Below, in pieces: positions 26,129-32,000 of a DNA stretch of 32,000 nucleotides. Under the pieces are notes generated by a model, which was given only the letters and a program-made list of their open reading frames with translations, was not told where the DNA came from and made no database searches. The stretch comes from Horticoccus luteus (GTDB lineage: Bacteria; Verrucomicrobiota; Verrucomicrobiia; Opitutales; Opitutaceae): NCBI RefSeq assembly GCF_019464535.1, contig NZ_CP080507.1, positions 1,710,001 to 1,742,000 of the forward strand. The letters run 5' to 3'. Position 1 is the first letter of the stretch, and each line of letters begins with the position of its first letter. A program made the translations under genes and the position numbers.

Positions 26129-26143
26129 TTGTATCTGATACAA
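26129..26143. promoter_or_regulatory. 15-bp perfect palindrome TTGTATC-T-GATACAA (candidate operator)
   Basis: Read directly from the sequence. It lies 18 nt after the AraC stop and about 112 nt upstream of the small HTH gene, inside the only clearly AT-rich spacer of the window. Confidence 0.4.
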
Positions 26144-26254
26144 TGCGCCGCAATGAAGGTGGCCGGCAAAGTATATTCACGAAGAAAATAAGATTTATCG
26201 TTGAAAAAGACGGAACATTAAAGCAGAACACTAGACTGCTTTATCGCACATACT

Positions 26255-26641
26255 ATGATCAACGACACCATGAAAAGGCTCGACGCAGCTCGGGCCAAAG
26301 TCTCCGCCCTGGAGGCAAATTTGGCGACCGAGCGGTCCAAGGAACTTGCGTCCCTTCCGGCTCGTTATGGATTCAGCAGCGCCGCGGAATTCGCGAAAGC
26401 GGTGCGGGCGGCGGGCGGCGGCGGCAGTGGTGCTGGCCGTGTCAAAGCAGCCAAGGCCGGCGGCGGCAGCGGCAAGCGCCATCGGGCGGTCATCACTTCG
26501 GACACGAAGTCACAGGTGAAGACGCTGGTTGAAGGCGGCAAAACGGGCGCCGAGATCGCCAAGGTCCTCCAGATTTCCCTGCCCAGCGTGCAGAATATCA
26601 AAAAGGAACTCGGGCTGGTGAAGGCCCGCAAGAAGAAGTAA
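26255..26641 (+). CDS. Small basic protein: H-NS-like N-terminal coiled coil, Gly-rich linker, C-terminal HTH
   Basis: 128 aa (123 if it starts at the ATG at 26270). Coiled-coil-like KRLDAARAKVSALEANLATERSKELASL, then ARYGFSSAAEFAKAV. Gly-rich linker GGGGSGAGRVKAAKAGGGSG. HTH-like TKSQVKTLVEGGKTGAEIAKVLQISLPSVQNIKKELGL, with a KARKKK tail. A strong terminator follows. Confidence 0.75.
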   Translation: MINDTMKRLDAARAKVSALEANLATERSKELASLPARYGFSSAAEFAKAVRAAGGGGSGAGRVKAAKAGGGSGKRHRAVITSDTKSQVKTLVEGGKTGAEIAKVLQISLPSVQNIKKELGLVKARKKK

Positions 26642-26670
26642 GCGAGCGTCCGCGCACTCGAATTTTCGAA

Positions 26671-26696
26671 CCCCCGCAGCACAGCGGGGGTTTTTT
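26671..26696 (+). terminator. Rho-independent terminator (CCCCCGC-AGCACA-GCGGGGG plus T6)
   Basis: 7-bp GC stem, 6-nt loop and a T6 tract, starting 30 nt after the stop of the small HTH gene. Confidence 0.85.
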
Positions 26697-26735
26697 ATTG
26701 GTTGCGCGGGCCGGGAAGGCGAAAACGTTCGGCCC

Positions 26736-27653
26736 ATGGGCACTTCATTCATTCAGGCGAACTCCAATGGACGGCTGCACCCAGCCGCCGAGCCCTCCGT
26801 TTCGCCGTTGAACCGGGGGTTTCTCTATGGCGATGCGGTCTACGAAGTCTGGCGGACGTATGAAGGGGTGATCTTCGCTTGGGAGGAGCATTGGGAGCGG
26901 CTGGAGGCTTCAGCGGCGGCTTTATTCATGAAGCTGCCGCTGACCGCACCGCGAGCGCTGGAGGAAATCCGGCGCACGGTGACGAGTTTTCAGACGACCA
27001 CGGGGCATCGCGGCGAGCTGTATATTCGCCTGCAAATCACGCGGGGAGGCGGGCCGATCGGATTGGATACCGCGCTGGCGGAAGGGGCGGACTTTGTCGT
27101 GCTCGTGCAGGAAAACCGTTTGTTGCCGCCGGAAAAGAGCGAGCGCGGGTTGTCATTGCGATGGGCAGAAAACATCCGTCGCAACCCGCGCGAGACTCTC
27201 AATCCAGCGTGGAAGACCGGAAACTATCTTAACAACGTGCTCGCGTTGCGGGAGGCGCGAGCGCGGGGCGCCGATGAAGTGGTCATAACCAATCTGGCGG
27301 GAGAAATAACAGAGGCGGCGGTCAGCAATATCGGATTTGTGCGCGGCGGGAAAATTATCACGCCCGCACTTTCATGCGGCTTGCTGGCGGGCGTGACGCG
27401 GCGGCTGGTGTTGAGCGAGGTCGCGCCGCGCGCGGGGATTTCGGCGAGCGAGGAAGTGCTGCTGCTGCGCGATCTGGCTTCGGTCGAGGAATGTTTTCTA
27501 CTTTCCACCACGAAGGATGTGACCCCGGTCGCTGCGATCGATGACGTGAGGTTTGCCATCGGCCGCGGGACCGCGACGAGCCGGTTGAAGGCGGCTTTTG
27601 GCGAATTCGCGCACGGCTACGCCGAGCGACGTCGGGGCGAGTTGGGCGTTTAA
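26736..27653 (+). CDS. Class IV aminotransferase (branched-chain/D-amino-acid aminotransferase or aminodeoxychorismate lyase family)
   Basis: PLNRGFLYGDAVYEVWRTYEG..FAWEEHWERL at the N-terminus. Putative PLP lysine in NPAWKTGNYLNNVLA. 305 aa. Confidence 0.85.
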   Translation: MGTSFIQANSNGRLHPAAEPSVSPLNRGFLYGDAVYEVWRTYEGVIFAWEEHWERLEASAAALFMKLPLTAPRALEEIRRTVTSFQTTTGHRGELYIRLQITRGGGPIGLDTALAEGADFVVLVQENRLLPPEKSERGLSLRWAENIRRNPRETLNPAWKTGNYLNNVLALREARARGADEVVITNLAGEITEAAVSNIGFVRGGKIITPALSCGLLAGVTRRLVLSEVAPRAGISASEEVLLLRDLASVEECFLLSTTKDVTPVAAIDDVRFAIGRGTATSRLKAAFGEFAHGYAERRRGELGV

Positions 27654-28783
27654 TAGCGCGTCATGGCGGGATCAAACGCGGTCGCCCACGCATCGATGCC
27701 GCCGTGGAGATTGAAGGCGTTGGCGAAGCCGTGGGCGCGCAAAAATTGAGTGACGCGAAGGCTGCGGCCGCCGTGATGACACATGAGCAGAACGGGGCGG
27801 TCGCGAGGAATCTGTTCGAGCTGCTGAGCAATCTCTCGCATCGGAATATGGCGGGCCTGAGCCACGCGGCAGATGTCGAGTTCGAAGGGTTCGCGCACAT
27901 CGATGAGCACGGCGGCTGATTCCGGCCGGTGGAGTAGGTCGTGAGCGTCTTGCACGTTGATATCGAGCGGATGAGTTTCGTTGGACATGGAGGCGGGAGT
28001 GAGGGGGGCGGCGGGAGAAGATGTTGCGCGGCGAGTTCCGCACGCGGGACAAGCAGGATCGCGCGGGATGCGTTGCTCGGCAAAGGAGCAGGAGAGCGCA
28101 TCGTAAGTCACCAAGCGGCCGAGGAGCGGTGCGCCGATCTGCGTGATCAGTTTCACCACCTCCATGGCCAGCAGGCTGCCGATGACGCCGCAGAGCGCAC
28201 CGACCACGCCGGCTTCGCCGCAACCTGGCACCGACCCGACCGGCGGAGGCTGAGGAAAAAGACAGCGATGACACGGTCCGCCGACCGATGGATCGTAAAC
28301 GGTCAATTGCCCGGAGAATTTGAAAATGCTCCCGTGGACGAGCGGGCGGCGCGTGCGAACGGCCGCGTCGTTGCAAATGTAGCGCGTGAAGAAGTTGTCG
28401 GTGCCATCGACAATGATGTCGTAGTCGCCGAAAATTGAATCCGCGTTCTCCGCCGTGACGGCGGTGGGTATCGTGATGACGGCGATGTGGGGGTTGAGAG
28501 CGCGGACGCGCGTGGCGGCGGAAGCGACCTTGAGTTCACCGATTGCGGCGGTGTCGTGCAGGATCTGGCGCTGGAGGTTGTGCAACTCCACGGCATCGGG
28601 ATCAACGAGCCCGAGAGTGCCCACGCCCGCGGCGGCGAGATAGAGGGCGACGGGACTGCCGAGCCCGCCCGCGCCGACGATGAGCACACGAGCGGCCTGC
28701 AGGCGCTCCTGGCCGGCGAGGCCGATTTCGCCAAGCAAGACGTGCCGGCTGTAGCGCGCGAGTTCAGCGGAGGAGAGGGACAT
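27650..28783 (-). CDS. moeB: Molybdopterin-synthase adenylyltransferase MoeB/ThiF-type E1 with a C-terminal rhodanese domain
   Basis: RYSRHVLLGEIGLAGQERL, nucleotide loop VGAGGLGS, zinc CxxC pairs (CHRC, CPAC). Rhodanese active-site loop CHHGGRS at the C-terminus. Confidence 0.88.
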   Translation of the reverse strand: MSLSSAELARYSRHVLLGEIGLAGQERLQAARVLIVGAGGLGSPVALYLAAAGVGTLGLVDPDAVELHNLQRQILHDTAAIGELKVASAATRVRALNPHIAVITIPTAVTAENADSIFGDYDIIVDGTDNFFTRYICNDAAVRTRRPLVHGSIFKFSGQLTVYDPSVGGPCHRCLFPQPPPVGSVPGCGEAGVVGALCGVIGSLLAMEVVKLITQIGAPLLGRLVTYDALSCSFAEQRIPRDPACPACGTRRATSSPAAPLTPASMSNETHPLDINVQDAHDLLHRPESAAVLIDVREPFELDICRVAQARHIPMREIAQQLEQIPRDRPVLLMCHHGGRSLRVTQFLRAHGFANAFNLHGGIDAWATAFDPAMTRY

Positions 28784-28862
28784 GGGGCGTTAAGAGACGT
28801 CAACCCGCACCGCGTGCAAATGAATTTGCCCCGCTGCGCTCCGGCGTCGCACTGTGGCGGAT

Positions 28863-29951
28863 ATGGCTCAGAAGTTCGTTGTTATTCTCGCCGGGGGCAA
28901 AGGAGAGCGGTTTTGGCCGCTGAGTCGTTTGCGCCGTCCCAAGCAGCTTCTCCCGATCGTCGGCAACCGCTCGATGCTGGCGCAAACGGTGGCGCGGGTT
29001 CTGCCGTTGGTGCCGGCGGAGAATGTTTACATTCTGACCAATGTCGAACAGGCGGCCGAGGTGCGGAAGGCGTGTCCTGAATTGCCGAAAGGTAACATCA
29101 TCGCGGAGCCGGTGGGCCGCGATTCGGGCCCGGCGGTGGGTTTGGCGGCGGAAATCGTCGCCGCGCGCGATCCGAAGGGGATTTTTGCGTCGTTGCATTC
29201 GGATGCCGCGATCCACGACGAAAAGGCGTTTCAAAAGGATTTGCGGGTGGCGTTTTCCGCCGCCGCGGCGGCACCGGTGATGGTGACGATCGGGGTGAAG
29301 CCTCACGAACCTTCGACGGGTTACGGTTACATTCAGCGAGGTAAAAGTTGGCGCAAAGTGCGGGGCGTGACGGTGTCGAAAGCGCGGCGATTCGTCGAAA
29401 AACCGGCGGCGGACGTGGCGGAGCGTTACCTCGAAGCGGGCGACTATTATTGGAATACGGGGATATTTATCTGGAGTGCGCGCGTCGTGCAGGACGCGTT
29501 CAAACGCAACGCGCCGGAGTTGCACGCCGGGCTGGCGCGCCTTGGCGCAGCACTGCGGGCGGGCCAGAATCTCCCGCGCACGTTGCGGGCGATTTACCCG
29601 TCGTTGCCGAAGATCGCCGTGGACTACGCGTTGTTGGAAAAGGCGGACAACGTCGTGATGCTGCCGGCAAGTTTCGATTGGGACGACGTCGGCTCGTGGA
29701 CCGCAATCGCGCGGCATCACGCGCACGATGCGAAACAAAATACGATCGTAGGCGATGGGTTGGTTGAAGAGGGCAGCGGGAACATTGTGTTTTCGGAAGC
29801 GGGGCACGTGACAGCGGTTTTCGGCGCGGATGATCTCGTCGTCGTGCACACGAGCGACGCGACGTTGGTGTGTCCGCGTTCGAAGGCGCAGGAAATCAAA
29901 TCGCTGCTGAACCGGTTGAAGAGCGACGTGCGTGGGCAGCGGTTGTTGTGA
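28863..29951 (+). CDS. Mannose-1-phosphate guanylyltransferase (nucleotidyltransferase family)
   Basis: ATG at 28863. Signature VILAGGKGERFWPLSR. Also YGYI and the left-handed helix region. About 362 aa. Confidence 0.85.
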   Translation: MAQKFVVILAGGKGERFWPLSRLRRPKQLLPIVGNRSMLAQTVARVLPLVPAENVYILTNVEQAAEVRKACPELPKGNIIAEPVGRDSGPAVGLAAEIVAARDPKGIFASLHSDAAIHDEKAFQKDLRVAFSAAAAAPVMVTIGVKPHEPSTGYGYIQRGKSWRKVRGVTVSKARRFVEKPAADVAERYLEAGDYYWNTGIFIWSARVVQDAFKRNAPELHAGLARLGAALRAGQNLPRTLRAIYPSLPKIAVDYALLEKADNVVMLPASFDWDDVGSWTAIARHHAHDAKQNTIVGDGLVEEGSGNIVFSEAGHVTAVFGADDLVVVHTSDATLVCPRSKAQEIKSLLNRLKSDVRGQRLL

Positions 29952-29955
29952 GCGT

Positions 29956-30399
29956 ATGCGTTGTCTCGGCATCGATTATGGCGCGAGGCGCATCGGCCTG
30001 AGCCAGGGCGATGAGCTCGGCGTGGCCACGCCGTTGCCCGCGCTGGTGCAGGCGGAACCGGAAAAACGCTGGGCGGCGCTGCTCGAAACGATCAAAGCGC
30101 GGCGGATCACCGACCTCGTGGTGGGTTATCCGCTCAACATGGATGATTCCGTTGGTTTCAAGGCGCAGGAGGTGGACGCCTTTATTGCGCGTCTGACGGC
30201 GGCGACGGATGTGCCGGTGCATCGGATCGATGAACGGCTGACGAGTTACGAGGCGGAAAGCTCGATTCCCAAGGTGCGGCGGCGCGACGTGCGGGCGAGC
30301 GGGGTGATCGATTCCCGCGCGGCGACGCTGATTTTGCAGGACTACTTGGATACGCGGATTCTGCTCTCGTCGGAGGACGGCGAACGCGACGAAACCTGA
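29956..30399 (+). CDS. ruvX: Holliday-junction resolvase-like nuclease RuvX (YqgF)
   Basis: ATG at 29956. MRCLGIDYGARRIGLSQGD is the typical YqgF N-terminus. 147 aa. Confidence 0.9.
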   Translation: MRCLGIDYGARRIGLSQGDELGVATPLPALVQAEPEKRWAALLETIKARRITDLVVGYPLNMDDSVGFKAQEVDAFIARLTAATDVPVHRIDERLTSYEAESSIPKVRRRDVRASGVIDSRAATLILQDYLDTRILLSSEDGERDET

Positions 30400-30400
30400 C

Positions 30401-31156
30401 GTGAAGGCGACCTCGGAGCGTACGCGTTGGCGCGCCGTCTGTGCTTACGACGGGACAAATTTCGCGGGGTGGCAAAGCCAGGCGGGTGGCAATGCAATTC
30501 AGGACGTGATCGAGAAGGCGCTGGGCAAGGTGTTGAAGACGCCGGTCAGGATTCACGGCAGCGGTCGGACAGATGCGGGCGTGCACGCGCTCGCGCAAGT
30601 GTTTCACTTCGACGCAGCATGGTCCCACGGCGCCGAAAAACTGCGGGCGGCGTTGCGGGTGGAATTGCCGGCGGCGATCCAGATCGCGGCATTGCGGCGC
30701 GCGAAACCGACGTTTCATGCGCGGTTCGACGCCAAGGGGAAGATTTACGAATACCATGTTTGTCTGGGCGAGGCCGATCCGTTTACCCGGCTGTTTGTCT
30801 GGCCGGTCTTCCGGGCGCTGGATCTTGCCGCGATGCAGACGGCCGCGCGACGACTGACCGGTCGGCATGATTTTCGTGCGTTCACGGCGCTCAACGGGCC
30901 GGAGCGCGAGGACACGGTGCGCGATCTGCGGCGGTTGGAGGTCGCCCGGCGCGGGCGGCGGATCAAGATCACCGCGGAGGCGGACGGATTTCTCTATAAA
31001 ATGGTGCGGAGCCTTGCCGGAACCCTCGTGGCGGTGGGTGAGGGAAAACTGACGCCGGCTCAGGTCACGGGTTTGCTCGCGGGCGGCGTGCGAACCGCCG
31101 CGGTGCCGACGGCGCCGGGCAAAGGCTTGTTCCTCCGACGCGTGCTTTACCGATGA
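30401..31156 (+). CDS. truA: tRNA pseudouridine(38-40) synthase TruA
   Basis: GTG at 30401. YDGTNFAGWQSQ and the catalytic GSGRTDAGVHA motif. Confidence 0.92.
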   Translation: MKATSERTRWRAVCAYDGTNFAGWQSQAGGNAIQDVIEKALGKVLKTPVRIHGSGRTDAGVHALAQVFHFDAAWSHGAEKLRAALRVELPAAIQIAALRRAKPTFHARFDAKGKIYEYHVCLGEADPFTRLFVWPVFRALDLAAMQTAARRLTGRHDFRAFTALNGPEREDTVRDLRRLEVARRGRRIKITAEADGFLYKMVRSLAGTLVAVGEGKLTPAQVTGLLAGGVRTAAVPTAPGKGLFLRRVLYR

Positions 31157-31890
31157 AGAACGGATGGCCGCAGCTTGGTCGTGGTTTGGTGGACACGGTG
31201 TTTCCGCCGGTCTGCGTGAATTGCAACGGTCTCGTGGAGCACAATCCCGAATGGCGGCACGTGTGCCCGCGGTGCGTGGCGCAGATGGATTTTGTGCATG
31301 CGCCGCAGTGCACGACGTGCGGGCATCCGTTTTACGGGCACGTGATCGGTGAACGGTTGTGTCCGCACTGCGAGTCGCTGCACCCCGCTTTTCGCGAAGG
31401 GCGCACGGCGGTTTTGTTGAAAGGAGCGGGGCGCGCGCTGGTGCATGGGTTGAAATATCACCGGCAGTTGCACGTGCTCACGGATATCGCTGCGGTGTTC
31501 AGGCGTTCGCCGGCGCTGCTGGATTTCGTGCGCGACGGGCGGCTGGTGCCAGTGCCCTTGCATCCGCGCAAGGAGCGGGAGCGCGGTTACAATCAGAGTT
31601 TGTTGCTCGCCGAAACGCTTGCGGAAGTCGCCGGCGGAGCGACGACCGTGGCACCGATTTTGCGGAGAGTCGCCGACACGGAGACGCAAACGCATCGCGA
31701 CAGAAGAGAGCGGCAGTTGAACCTGAAAAATGCCTTTGCACTGGCCTGCGACGCCGACATTAATACGAGCCAACATTACCTTCTCGTTGATGACGTTTTC
31801 ACCACGGGTTCCACCCTCAACAGTTGCGCGCTGGTCTTGCGCCGCGCGGGAATCCTGAACCTCGATGTCGTGACGTTTGGTCACGGTTAA
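31153..31890 (+). CDS. comF: ComF family protein (phosphoribosyltransferase-like, N-terminal Cys4 zinc ribbons)
   Basis: The start overlaps the truA stop (ATGA). Motifs CVNC...CPRC...CTTC...CPHC. PRTase motif LLVDDVFTTGST. Confidence 0.85.
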   Translation: MKNGWPQLGRGLVDTVFPPVCVNCNGLVEHNPEWRHVCPRCVAQMDFVHAPQCTTCGHPFYGHVIGERLCPHCESLHPAFREGRTAVLLKGAGRALVHGLKYHRQLHVLTDIAAVFRRSPALLDFVRDGRLVPVPLHPRKERERGYNQSLLLAETLAEVAGGATTVAPILRRVADTETQTHRDRRERQLNLKNAFALACDADINTSQHYLLVDDVFTTGSTLNSCALVLRRAGILNLDVVTFGHG

Positions 31891-31897
31891 TACCGCT

Positions 31898-32000
31898 ATG
31901 TCGCATTTCGACAAACCCACTTACAACGTCCGCCGCACGCGGAAAAAGGACATTCCCCAAGGGATCTACACGAAGGATCCGATCACGGGGGAAGCGTTGT
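31898..32000 (+). CDS. accD: Acetyl-CoA carboxylase carboxyltransferase beta subunit, N-terminal fragment (3' partial at the window edge)
   Basis: My own translation from the ATG at 31898 is MSHFDKPTYNVRRTRKKDIPQGIYTKDPITGEAL. It aligns with the E. coli AccD N-terminus ...[24 protein letters not shown]. Only 34 codons are visible. Confidence 0.55.
   Translation, partial: MSHFDKPTYNVRRTRKKDIPQGIYTKDPITGEAL

Noticed and set aside
26144-26254. Short ATG-initiated reading frame (MRRNEGGRQSIFTKKIRFIVEKDG...) in the AT-rich spacer upstream of the H-NS-like gene
   Set aside because: It belongs to a 153-aa frame (26071-26532) that overlaps both the AraC 3' end and the well-supported 26255-26641 gene out of frame. 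Its downstream part is Arg/Gly-rich shadow sequence. The AT-rich part is more plausibly a promoter or leader.
26708-26735. 6-bp hairpin GGGCCG...CGGCCC abutting the aminotransferase start codon, as a translational control element
   Set aside because: The stem is short, the loop is 16 nt, and nothing else supports it. Such pairings occur easily by chance in GC-rich DNA.
27650-28783. ThiF/MoeB E1-like enzyme as part of a bacterial ubiquitin-like conjugation or CBASS/Bil-type defence module
   Set aside because: It carries the classical MoeB zinc CxxC pairs and a C-terminal rhodanese domain, which is the sulfur-relay architecture. No E2-like, JAB/deubiquitinase, Ubl (GG-terminated small ORF) or cyclase genes are adjacent.
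28800-29972. 390-aa ORF antisense to the mannose-1-P guanylyltransferase gene. The 345-aa ORF at 17323-18360 (antisense to parA, running into tRNA-Cys) and the 387-aa ORF at 22869-24032 are similar cases.
   Set aside because: These are Arg/His/Pro-rich shadow frames opposite genes with clear family motifs. One of them would have to read through a tRNA gene.
1-32000. Search for parS (TGTTNCACGTGAAACA) near parA and for the Verrucomicrobia-type LexA box (TGTTC-N4-GAACA)
   Set aside because: The CACGTG-containing sites I found by eye (for example near 1445, 13525 and 31340) lack the flanking parS arms and lie inside coding regions. No TGTTC occurrence has a GAACA partner at the right spacing. 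This was a manual scan, so a computational search could still find degenerate sites.
1-32000. CRISPR arrays, retron or other ncRNA-linked reverse-transcriptase loci, IS elements and long direct or inverted repeats
   Set aside because: I saw no regularly spaced repeats, no terminal inverted repeats flanking an ORF, and no transposase, reverse-transcriptase or Cas-like translations in any of the six frames provided.

Overview
GC-rich bacterial chromosomal window (roughly 60-65% GC by eye). It is densely coding, and I call 29 protein genes (two cut by the window edges) plus one tRNA. Gene content and protein style suggest a Verrucomicrobia/Opitutaceae-like organism, but that is only an impression and I cannot verify it.

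Layout:
- Left third (+ strand): a translation/RNA-modification superoperon, nusA-infB-rbfA-nrnA-truB-ribF, preceded by a 5'-partial DUF2851 gene and an intrinsic terminator.
- Middle (- strand, about 10 kb): a co-directional array of parA, two ABC-2 permeases, rnc, mfd, a SurA-like PPIase and an SNF2 helicase. It diverges from a tRNA-Cys(GCA) gene.
- Right third: an orphan PAS histidine kinase and a ThuA-like gene. Then a tight minus-strand 4-gene cluster (di-iron-motif protein, HTH-MBL hydrolase, beta-hydroxyacid dehydrogenase, TIM-barrel isomerase) with a divergent AraC regulator. Then a small H-NS-like/HTH protein behind the only AT-rich spacer in the window. Then housekeeping genes (class IV aminotransferase, moeB-rhodanese, mannose-1-P guanylyltransferase, ruvX, truA, comF, start of accD).

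I found no CRISPR array, IS element or transposase, integrase, prophage gene, toxin-antitoxin pair or recognisable defence system. The window is mostly core genome.

The best candidates for something undescribed, all hypotheses from motif reading:
1. The AraC-linked operon headed by a 495-aa orphan protein with a canonical double E-X(~31)-E-x-x-H di-iron signature.
2. The small H-NS-like coiled-coil/HTH protein with its AT-rich upstream region and 15-bp perfect palindrome.
3. The parA (no parB) / ABC-2 permease pair (no ABC ATPase) / rnc module with overlapping stop and start codons.
4. An intrinsic terminator placed inside the only possible nusA leader.
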